Of a stretch of DNA of 64,000 nucleotides, positions 51,684-60,285 are shown piece by piece. The position numbers and the translations under genes were made by a program. The first letter of the stretch is position 1. Each line of letters begins with the position of its first letter. Under the pieces are notes generated by a model. It was given only the letters and a program-made list of their open reading frames with translations. It made no database searches and was not told the DNA's origin. Where the stretch lies: assembly GCA_021162065.1 (NCBI GenBank), contig JAGGZK010000049.1:11952-75951 (forward strand), read 5' to 3'. This DNA is from Thermoplasmata archaeon (lineage in GTDB: Archaea > Thermoplasmatota > E2 > UBA202 > JdFR-43).

Positions 51684-54353
51684 ATGGACAGGAAAAAACT
51701 GGCTATAATGGTTGTATTGGCTCTCTCCCTGCCTATTTTGAGCGGATGTGTGGAAAAATTTAATGAGGTGAGCGGTTTTGATATGGGCACCATAGACGGC
51801 ATAGAGTCAGAAAGAAATGAGGATGCAGTTCCTGTGGTGGTGAGTGAGGAAAATCCCTTCTACGCTCTCATAGCCACCCCCGTGGCTTTATATTATGATG
51901 ACAACGGAAGGCATGTGGAGCCACTCCTCGTGGAAAATTTTGATAATCCATCAAAACCTGTGGAGAGATTCATGGATTTATATCCTGCGCCTTATGAAGA
52001 GATAAGGAGGGGAAGTCCGGAGAATGTTTCCATAGAGATGAGCAGCATATGGAAGAGAAGCGATGCAGCCCTACTTATAGAAAATAATCAGCATGGTTAT
52101 GAGCTCGGAGTGGTGGCAACACCCATAGCCAGCTATCTCAACATACCTGTGTTTGTGACCAACGATACAAACAATGTGAGAAGTGTGTTAAAATCCTTGG
52201 GAGTGAAGTATACATTCGTATGCGGCAATCTCGAGGGGCATGGTCAGACATGGAGATTTGAGAGCGCGGATGAGATAACGGACTTCCTCATAGATTTGGT
52301 GAAGAACAGATTCGGAGGCGTTGACTACATCACCATGACGAATCCGCTGGATGTGACCTCTGTCAACGTTCTTAATGTCACCTCCTATGAATTTGAGAAT
52401 ACCACCGCCTCCGTTGATATACTGCCGGCTCAGACCTTCAACGCCATAATGAATGGCCTCTTCAGTCTGAACTCTTTTGTTATCCCCGAAGATTACAAAT
52501 ATGCCCGCCTCAAGATAGATTTGATAAATGAAAATTCCGAGCACGTGAGTGAGCTGGGCGATGATTTAATTCTTCTGATTTACAGCCCCGATGAGGAAGA
52601 GTATGTGTACACCTCCACCGCCGCCGGCATCCCGGAGGTGGAAAATGGAGATATTGTAACGGATAAGGTGCATTATGAAACGATAATATACAACAAGCCC
52701 GGGAAATATGTGACGGAGGTGCTTGGAAGATGGGTCTCCACACTCAACGGAAAATACAGATTGAAGATAGATGTGGAGGAGGTGGATTCTCCCCTTGAGC
52801 CATTGATGAACAACCTGTCCACCATGGCTCCCTATCTTGCATCATATCATCAGGGCATAGTATTCGCCAAGCCGGAGTTTGCCTTCGCGGGAAATGAGAG
52901 TGTTGGTGTGGAAGGTGTTGTTTATCCATCCACCAATCAGGAACTTGTGGACCCATGCAATGAGCATGTTCTAAAAATCCACGAGCAGCTCAACAACATT
53001 CTGGCGAAGATAGCGGAGATAAATGCAAGCGACACAAAAGCATTATGGGAGCATTACAGAGAGAATCCCATCTACATAGCCATAATGGCAGATCCGACCA
53101 TGGTACCCATGTATTACTACTACAACCCAGATAGCGATAATATAATAGGAGTACAGTTGCCCAGCGACTTCATATATGGAGACATAGATCCCAAACCAAA
53201 CGACATAGAAAATAACTCCTACACCTACTATCCGGAAATGGAGAATGCCGTGGGCAGGGTCACAGGATATGATGCTGAAGACTGCTCCGCCCTCATAGCC
53301 AGAACCGCCTTCTACAACGCCATAATAGACAAATTTGGCAGCTGGAAGAACAATGCGACGGTGCAGACGGGCGCCGGCTTAGAATTCCAGTGGGTCCCGA
53401 TAATTACGCCCCTCACCTCAATGATAACTGGAAGCGAGGAGCCGACGAAATGGCCCAGCGGAGAAAGTTTATTCATAAATCTCCGCCTTTCCCATGATCT
53501 TCAGGAGGCAGGATATAATGTTAGGAGGACTCATTTGCTGGCATCTCAGCGTGAGGGCTTCAAGGATGTGGCGAAATACACATCCCGCCTCAACATTCCG
53601 TTTCCGCACTTCCTGGAGTTCATAAGTGGGGAAAGAGTTGTCAAAGGAGGAGAATATCAGGAGAACAGCAACATCATCTTTGTTTTCAACCATGGAATAT
53701 ACTATCTCTACGAATCTGGAGACGTCCTTCTTGATTCCCGTGGCTTCCCACCCATAACCTGGCTCTCCAGATTTCTTGGACCCCTCGGCATATCGAGCGG
53801 GCTGTCAAGCCATGGAGCATATGCTGTGAGATATGTGGTGAACATGGATATGGGACCGAGCGTCATATTCGTGGAGAGCTGCATTGTGGGAAGAACAGAT
53901 GGACTTATTCCCGAAAACTGTCTCACACAGGCGTATCTACATGCAGGGGTAAATGCCATAGTGGCATCCACCCGTGTGACTGCAGATCCGGGTTATCTTG
54001 AGCCGGGACTGATATTCAAGGGATTCGGAGCAAAGGGATTTGTGAAGGCGCTCTTCAATTTGATCACCAAAGGTGAGTATCCTGACCCACACTTTGGAGC
54101 GGTGGTTGCCAACGACTTCATCCTGGACATAACGCAGAATGATAGCACCGTCGGAATGGCTCTGAGGGATGCAAAGAACATGTATCTCTACAAGGATGCC
54201 AACTCCACATTCCTGTGGACGCCGCCGCTGGAGAATGGATGGACCAATGCAAAATTTGAGGAAGGAAAATTCATGGACAAGAAATATGTGTGCCTGCATG
54301 AGTTCAATCTATATGGGGATCCTGCCTTCAACCCCTACAGCCCGAGTGACTAA
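51684..54353 (+). CDS. Large lipoprotein with divergent C25 (gingipain-like) peptidase domain
   Basis: ILSGC lipobox; SDFIYGD, VGR, NHG and ESC candidate dyad, LYGDP. Confidence 0.7.
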   Translation: MDRKKLAIMVVLALSLPILSGCVEKFNEVSGFDMGTIDGIESERNEDAVPVVVSEENPFYALIATPVALYYDDNGRHVEPLLVENFDNPSKPVERFMDLYPAPYEEIRRGSPENVSIEMSSIWKRSDAALLIENNQHGYELGVVATPIASYLNIPVFVTNDTNNVRSVLKSLGVKYTFVCGNLEGHGQTWRFESADEITDFLIDLVKNRFGGVDYITMTNPLDVTSVNVLNVTSYEFENTTASVDILPAQTFNAIMNGLFSLNSFVIPEDYKYARLKIDLINENSEHVSELGDDLILLIYSPDEEEYVYTSTAAGIPEVENGDIVTDKVHYETIIYNKPGKYVTEVLGRWVSTLNGKYRLKIDVEEVDSPLEPLMNNLSTMAPYLASYHQGIVFAKPEFAFAGNESVGVEGVVYPSTNQELVDPCNEHVLKIHEQLNNILAKIAEINASDTKALWEHYRENPIYIAIMADPTMVPMYYYYNPDSDNIIGVQLPSDFIYGDIDPKPNDIENNSYTYYPEMENAVGRVTGYDAEDCSALIARTAFYNAIIDKFGSWKNNATVQTGAGLEFQWVPIITPLTSMITGSEEPTKWPSGESLFINLRLSHDLQEAGYNVRRTHLLASQREGFKDVAKYTSRLNIPFPHFLEFISGERVVKGGEYQENSNIIFVFNHGIYYLYESGDVLLDSRGFPPITWLSRFLGPLGISSGLSSHGAYAVRYVVNMDMGPSVIFVESCIVGRTDGLIPENCLTQAYLHAGVNAIVASTRVTADPGYLEPGLIFKGFGAKGFVKALFNLITKGEYPDPHFGAVVANDFILDITQNDSTVGMALRDAKNMYLYKDANSTFLWTPPLENGWTNAKFEEGKFMDKKYVCLHEFNLYGDPAFNPYSPSD

Positions 54354-55531
54354 CCTCCCTCCTCCCTTTTAATATATCTCCATAGAACTACTGTGGCGAA
54401 GGTGAGTGCAGAAAAAACTGCAGAGAACCCCGGAGATTTTTTATTGTAAACATATATCCGTCTTTCCGCAACGGTATCCCCGTTTCTCACCCGTATAATA
54501 TGTTCCCCATTTCCAAGTTTTTCAGTGTCTATGGCGAAGGACCAGAAAAAGGTTCCATTTGCCCTCTTCCAGGAAGCATTGTCCACCTGCCATTCCACCT
54601 TTCCACCCCCCTCATTCAGTCCCTCCACCTTCACCACACCAGAAACTCTTTCTCCCTCCTTCGGGCAGAATATCACTATCTCCATTTTTGAAGATATATT
54701 CAGGGCATATGGAGAGGATGCGGGACAATGGTCTATGTTATCCCCATAGATTACATATTCCCCGCTTCCATTGTAATCGTCCCAGTAATTCCCTCTTCCG
54801 CCAAAATCCCATCTGTTTTTTTCTCCATACACATAGGCATTCATCTTGTTTTTCATAAAATTATTCATGAAAACATAGTTTTCACTGCTCTTGCAGCACA
54901 TGTGGATGCCCTTCTCATCATTGCCCATTATGCTGTTAAGTTTGATGACATTTTCATAACTTGCCTGTATTTTCATACCTTCCGTATTGTTTTTTATGAT
55001 GTTCCCCGCTATTAAATTCCTGTCGGAATGTTCCAGATACATCCCCCACATGTTTTCGTAGAGTTCATTTTCTTCTACAATATTATCATTTGAAAAATCC
55101 AGGTTTATCCCATAGAACCTATTATCGAATATTTTATTAGAGAGGATGGTGTTGTTATTACCGTCTATCTTCATTCCGTAGGAATTTCCCGCCACCACAC
55201 AATTTTTTATCGTGTTGTTGTCTCCATGAACTTCCATGGCATGATAGGAATTTCTCACTATAAGGTTTTCAAGGGTGACATTGTCTGCATTTATTATTAT
55301 ATCTCCCTCTATCACTCCTCCCTCTCCCCTTAGAGTTATGGATTTGTTTATCTCTGTACCATTGTAAAAACCCTCCTTTATTATTATGATGTCCCCCGGC
55401 GAAGAGGCATCGACCGCGTCCTGAATGCTGGGATAGCCACCATCGCCCACGTAGAGGGTGGAAGCGGAGGAGGATATAAAAAAGATTGAAAGGGCAAAAA
55501 CGGAAAGATATGGAACAAGAATTTTCCTCAT
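54350..55531 (-). CDS. NosD/CASH beta-helix surface protein with PGF-CTERM-like tail
   Basis: YPSIQDAVD, N-rich beta-helix repeats, GNYWDDY, SPGF-TM-basic tail. Confidence 0.85.
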   Translation of the reverse strand: MRKILVPYLSVFALSIFFISSSASTLYVGDGGYPSIQDAVDASSPGDIIIIKEGFYNGTEINKSITLRGEGGVIEGDIIINADNVTLENLIVRNSYHAMEVHGDNNTIKNCVVAGNSYGMKIDGNNNTILSNKIFDNRFYGINLDFSNDNIVEENELYENMWGMYLEHSDRNLIAGNIIKNNTEGMKIQASYENVIKLNSIMGNDEKGIHMCCKSSENYVFMNNFMKNKMNAYVYGEKNRWDFGGRGNYWDDYNGSGEYVIYGDNIDHCPASSPYALNISSKMEIVIFCPKEGERVSGVVKVEGLNEGGGKVEWQVDNASWKRANGTFFWSFAIDTEKLGNGEHIIRVRNGDTVAERRIYVYNKKSPGFSAVFSALTFATVVLWRYIKREEGG

Positions 55532-55609
55532 GATGATGCATTGCACAGGAGTTTAAAATGTTTCTCCACATCAAAGGTAGTTATTTATATGCCAAAACAT
55601 ATTCTTTCC

Positions 55610-57124
55610 ATGAAATGGCAGGTCAGCGTGGTTATTTTACTGCTGCTTCTATCATCAACCATGGCAGGGATAAATTTTCCTGCAACAAAGGACTTTTCCT
55701 TTACAGAAACTGAAAGAGTTTCGTCTGCGGAAAAGGAAATTCATTGGCTCTCACCAGAACATCCTCCGTGGGAAATGAAGAAGGTGATGGAGAAGGGGGT
55801 TGGTATAGAAAACGGAAGGAGGGTTATGATTTATTATGAGGACGGGAATCTCAAAAGAGAATACCTTCCGGAAAGTGTTGATGTATACGATTTTCTCATA
55901 ATAACTCCTGATGAATGGGCCTCCGAGCTTCAGCCACTCAAGGAGCACAAAGAGAAGCATGGAATAAAGACGATGGTTGTGGGGCTGAATGAAATTTACA
56001 GCGGAAAATACTTTACCCCTGAAGGAAGAGATGATGCGGAGAAGATAAAATACTTTATTAAAAATGCCATAGAGAACTGGGGAGTAAAATACGTCCTGCT
56101 GGTGGGGAGCGTCTACAAAATGCCCATAAGAAACGCCGTGTATAAATGGAGAGGGAGCTATAAAATAGAGACGTTCCTAATGCCCACGGATTTATATTAC
56201 GCAGATATATACAGAATAGAAGGATGCTGCAAGGTCGTCTTTTCCTCATGGGATACCAATGGCAACGGCATCTACGGGGAGGATTGCGAGGAGGGAGTGG
56301 GGGAAAGTGATATAATAGATCTGCATCCCGATGTCTATCTTGGAAGAATTGCCTGTGAGAATAAGAGGGTCGTCAGAAATGTGGTGAAAAAGATAATAGA
56401 TTATGAAAACAACGCCCATGGTTCAGAATGGTTTGATAAATTGATTCTGGTGGGCGGCGACACCTTTCCCGGATGGGGAGTGGTGGAGGGAGAGTTCATG
56501 AATCAACTTGTGGCGGAGATGATGGATGGTTTTGAAGCTTACAGAATATGGGATTCCCTTGGCAATCTCAATGCTTTGGAGATAGAGAAGGCCATGGAGA
56601 GTGGTGCAGGATTTTTGTATTATTCCGGACATGGCTTTCCCTATGGATGGGGCACACATCCAATAAATGGAAGCGATGAGGAATGGGTGGGGAGCTATTT
56701 CACCCCCTACATAATGGCCCTCTTCAACAATCCCCACCTTCCAGTGATTTTCCTGGATGCATGCTCCACGGCCAAACTTGATTTCAACACCTCAGATCTG
56801 GAGGAGGAGGGCATACCTGTACCCTTCGATGCCAAATTCCCATGCTTTGCCTGGTATTTTATAAGGCAACCAACAGGAGGAGGGATAGCGAGTATTGGCT
56901 CCACAAGAGTGGCCTTCACAGGCGTGGATGAAAGCGGACCTCACTGGGGCGCCGGATATCTCGCCTACCAGTTCTTCAAGGCATGGGAAAAAACGAACGT
57001 GCTTGGAGAGATGTTTGTTGAAATGCAGATGAGATACATTGCTGAAAATCCGGGAGATAACTGGACGATGGAGGAATTCATACTGCTCGGTGACCCTACG
57101 CTCAGAATAGGAGGATATGAGTAA
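55610..57124 (+). CDS. C25 family cysteine peptidase (gingipain-like)
   Basis: Signal peptide; KIKYFIK, YVLLVG, TDLYYAD, LGR, GHG and DAC dyad, LLGDP. Confidence 0.9.
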   Translation: MKWQVSVVILLLLLSSTMAGINFPATKDFSFTETERVSSAEKEIHWLSPEHPPWEMKKVMEKGVGIENGRRVMIYYEDGNLKREYLPESVDVYDFLIITPDEWASELQPLKEHKEKHGIKTMVVGLNEIYSGKYFTPEGRDDAEKIKYFIKNAIENWGVKYVLLVGSVYKMPIRNAVYKWRGSYKIETFLMPTDLYYADIYRIEGCCKVVFSSWDTNGNGIYGEDCEEGVGESDIIDLHPDVYLGRIACENKRVVRNVVKKIIDYENNAHGSEWFDKLILVGGDTFPGWGVVEGEFMNQLVAEMMDGFEAYRIWDSLGNLNALEIEKAMESGAGFLYYSGHGFPYGWGTHPINGSDEEWVGSYFTPYIMALFNNPHLPVIFLDACSTAKLDFNTSDLEEEGIPVPFDAKFPCFAWYFIRQPTGGGIASIGSTRVAFTGVDESGPHWGAGYLAYQFFKAWEKTNVLGEMFVEMQMRYIAENPGDNWTMEEFILLGDPTLRIGGYE

Positions 57125-57156
57125 ATTTTTATATTGAAAATCTATTTTGTTTCGAG

Positions 57157-57230
57157 GGGCCCGTAGCTTAGCCAGGTGGAGCGCCTGGCTCATAACCAGG
57201 TGGTCGCCGGTTCGAATCCGGCCGGGCCCA
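57157..57230 (+). tRNA. tRNA with CAT anticodon, probably tRNA-Ile2 (agmatidine-modified)
   Basis: Acceptor GGGCCCG/CGGGCCC, arm CCTGG-CTCATAA-CCAGG, T-loop; acceptor is Ile-like and lacks the initiator A1-U72 pair and the three consecutive G-C anticodon-stem pairs. Confidence 0.85.
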
Positions 57231-57309
57231 TTTTTTATGAGTAAGGCCTGTATGAGATACTTATAATTTTAGTGAAAGCAGTTTCCTCTATAAGTTATTT
57301 AAATGATTT

Positions 57310-58851
57310 TCAGTCGAATAATTCTTCAACAGCCATCAGATCAATCTTTATATTATCCTCTAATCTTGCTCGATATGCTTCTTCATATGCCCCTTTAGTA
57401 AAGCTAAACGCCACAATAATCCCTTTCAATATTTTCTTAGTGCTGGGATAATATCTTCTTAAAGCTGTTTCGAAATTATCAACAACATTTCTACCAACAT
57501 TTTCTGATTGTTTTACTTGTATGGGAATACCATCCGAAGTTATACCATCTATCCCCATATCAGCGACCTTTTTGTCGCTGGAAACACCGTTTAATGCCTC
57601 AATGATTCTGTCTTGAAAATCTTGCCAATCCATCTCTTTTAATTTACTTTCTGTTAACACGGCTAACTGGCTAAATTTTTTCTCCTTTAGATCATCCAAC
57701 ACTCTTCTTAATCTCTTGGGATAGGAAAGCATTTTCTCCATTTTTAGTTTTAGATCATCACGCTCACGAGAATATTGCTTTATCCCATAATAACCTCCTC
57801 TTTCTCTAAGTTTCTTAATTTTCTTCATTAAATTATTGATTTGACTTTCTATCTTCTTAATCTCCCTTTCTACACTTGTCAAAAGTTTCCTCACATCCTC
57901 TAAAACTCTAGGGTCTCCTATCTCGCCTAATGCTTCAGCGGCAGCAACTTTTACATCCCAATTTCTATCCTTTAACGCCTCTAAAAGCGGTCTAATCGCT
58001 CTTTTATCATGTGATATTCCTAATTTTAATGCTGCATCCGCACGAATATAATCTTTTTTATTTCCTAACCTAGATATTTCCTTTGTTAAATTAATCTGTC
58101 TCTGCATCATGTGTAAGAGGTTTCTTTTACCATATCTTCTAATTTTATTCCATAAATTATCCCCTAGTCTATCTCTTTGTTTTTTGTCAAGAGTCATACC
58201 ATATATTTTTTTTGATTGAGATATGAACTCCTTCTTCACTTCTTCATCAACATTTGTCCAATCATTTTCATACCTATAAACCAAATATAGCACTTTAAAA
58301 AAATTTTTTTTATTTTGTTCACCAGCCATAAATTTTCCAATTCTCTTTATGACGACTTTTTCTGTGACCTTTTTCCATACTATTTTAGCAAACTTATAAT
58401 CAATTTTTATACCATATGCTCTCTCTAAATGACTTATGAACTCTTCCTCTCCCTGTAAAAAGTTACCGTTACAACTTTCTACAATAGAGAAAAGGGGTTC
58501 GATATTATTATTTTTAATATCACATAAAATTTTTTTCTTAATTCTTTCTCTCTTTTCTTTCCTCTTTTTTTCCTTCTCAATCTTTAATTTTTTCCTTTCC
58601 TTTAGAGTCTCTACAATTTTTTCCCAAGCCCAACGTGCATCGTCAGCATCTATTTTGATGTCCCATCTTTGTTTTATATATTTTTTAAATTTATACTCAA
58701 TATATAGCCCCTGAGTTTCAAATGGCTCTAAAGTTCCTTCCATTACGATCTGTTCAAGATCTCCCCATTTCTTATTCTCTATGTCTTGTTTAAAATTATC
58801 AATCTGCTTTTTTAGTTCTTCTTTTCTTCTTGATCTGGAAAGTAGGCCCAT
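57310..58851 (-). CDS. AT-rich HEAT-repeat + Mrr-like PD-(D/E)xK nuclease protein
   Basis: IRADAALKLG..AIRPLLEALKD..VKVAAAEALGEIGD; C-terminal DMGIDG..IQVKQ; GGTGA RBS before ATG 58851. Confidence 0.75.
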   Translation of the reverse strand: MGLLSRSRRKEELKKQIDNFKQDIENKKWGDLEQIVMEGTLEPFETQGLYIEYKFKKYIKQRWDIKIDADDARWAWEKIVETLKERKKLKIEKEKKRKEKRERIKKKILCDIKNNNIEPLFSIVESCNGNFLQGEEEFISHLERAYGIKIDYKFAKIVWKKVTEKVVIKRIGKFMAGEQNKKNFFKVLYLVYRYENDWTNVDEEVKKEFISQSKKIYGMTLDKKQRDRLGDNLWNKIRRYGKRNLLHMMQRQINLTKEISRLGNKKDYIRADAALKLGISHDKRAIRPLLEALKDRNWDVKVAAAEALGEIGDPRVLEDVRKLLTSVEREIKKIESQINNLMKKIKKLRERGGYYGIKQYSRERDDLKLKMEKMLSYPKRLRRVLDDLKEKKFSQLAVLTESKLKEMDWQDFQDRIIEALNGVSSDKKVADMGIDGITSDGIPIQVKQSENVGRNVVDNFETALRRYYPSTKKILKGIIVAFSFTKGAYEEAYRARLEDNIKIDLMAVEELFD

Positions 58852-59082
58852 CTTACAATCACCACTTTTGTATACTTTGTAGTATATCATAACATAATTC
58901 TAATATAAACTCATCGATATATTGTATAAAAACCCTCTCTAAAAAATGTTACTATAGTAAGAGTTTGAATAAAAGACCCACATGAGAATAGGAAAATAAA
59001 CATTTGTATGAGAAGGCAGAGGAAAATTATTCTTATCCATAAAATAAGTCTTAGAGAAAATGCCTCGGACTTTCCCTACTTT

Positions 59083-60285
59083 TCACCCAAATATCACCTT
59101 CTCTGCCTTTTCTGCCACTTTTTCTCTGTACTCTTCGGGGCAGGAAACCATGATGGCCCACTCCGTTATGCCCCTCATCTGAAGGGCGGTGGCCAGTGGC
59201 GTGTAATGGCTGAGAGGATTTATCTCGCTTCCCTCCATCACCTTTATGTCAATCCTCCTTATCCTGGGCTCGGAAAGAAAGATGTCCTTCCCGGGGATAT
59301 CCACTATTATATATTCCTCCGGCACTCCCGTAGCTGCCGAAATCTCCTCCTCCAGCTGTTTCTCATCAGGCAGGGATGCCATCGCCTCCTTTTCCTCTTC
59401 GCTCATCTCCTCCAATCCCATGGCAAAGGCTCTTTTGAACAATCTTCTGTATTTAAGGCGGGAAACCATGTCCCTCTGGTAGCCGCCCATTTCTCTGAGA
59501 TGTGAGAGCAGTTCGCAATCCGTCATGAAGGCAAAATCAAACCTTTCCGCCCTTTCCACCGCCTTTATGAGCATGAGTTCCGCTATCCTCACCGTTTTGT
59601 GGAGATATACGGAGGAATACATCAATGCTCTTGCCACCAGCATGCTTTCAAGTGCACTCACTCCCTTTCTCTCAAAGACGATTTCATCATCGTAAACTTT
59701 CATGGTCTGGATTATTCTGTCCATATCTATAACGCCGTAGGCGACTCCCGTGTAATATGCATCTCTCATGAGATAGTCCATCTGATCCGCATCGAGAGGA
59801 CCATGTATTATCTGCGAAGCAACCTCCTTTTTCCCTTCAAGTATTTCCAAAATTTCCCTCGCATCCATTCCATGTTCAGAAAGAATTTCCTTTATGGTTT
59901 TTCCCCCTTTATAGTCCTCAAGCCTCCTCTCCCCACTTATTATTTCCTTCGTTATCTCCACATGATTTTTTCCCTCCCTGGAATGCATCAGATATTCCAG
60001 AGTGTGGGAAAAGGGTCCGTGGCCTATATCATGAAGAAGAGCAGCAACAGCAACAACATCTTCCTCCATATCCAGAGCATGGGCCATCTCCCGGGCAACG
60101 TGAGACACGCCAAGAGAGTGCTCCATTCTTGTATGATTCGCTCCCGGATAAACAAGATAAGCAAACCCCAGTTGCTTTATCCCATGCAATCTCTGCATCT
60201 CCGGAGATTCGATGAGGTCAACGAATACCCCCTCGAACCTCAGATTTCCGTATATAGAATCCCTGATGTATTTCACATTCTCCAT
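59083..60285 (-). CDS. HD-domain dNTP triphosphohydrolase-like protein
   Basis: QRL..IKQLG..VYPGA.HTR.EHSLG, LLHDIGHGPFSH, DADQMDYL.RD, VY.HKT. Confidence 0.9.
   Translation of the reverse strand: MENVKYIRDSIYGNLRFEGVFVDLIESPEMQRLHGIKQLGFAYLVYPGANHTRMEHSLGVSHVAREMAHALDMEEDVVAVAALLHDIGHGPFSHTLEYLMHSREGKNHVEITKEIISGERRLEDYKGGKTIKEILSEHGMDAREILEILEGKKEVASQIIHGPLDADQMDYLMRDAYYTGVAYGVIDMDRIIQTMKVYDDEIVFERKGVSALESMLVARALMYSSVYLHKTVRIAELMLIKAVERAERFDFAFMTDCELLSHLREMGGYQRDMVSRLKYRRLFKRAFAMGLEEMSEEEKEAMASLPDEKQLEEEISAATGVPEEYIIVDIPGKDIFLSEPRIRRIDIKVMEGSEINPLSHYTPLATALQMRGITEWAIMVSCPEEYREKVAEKAEKVIFG

Noticed and set aside
57249..59013. 9-bp TGTATGAGA on both sides of the Mrr islet as att/TSD
   Set aside because: Too short in AT-rich DNA and unrelated to the tRNA 3' end
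59083..60285. HD dNTPase as defence partner of the Mrr gene
   Set aside because: Host-like composition, coupled to the upstream surface-protein gene, and a widespread archaeal family
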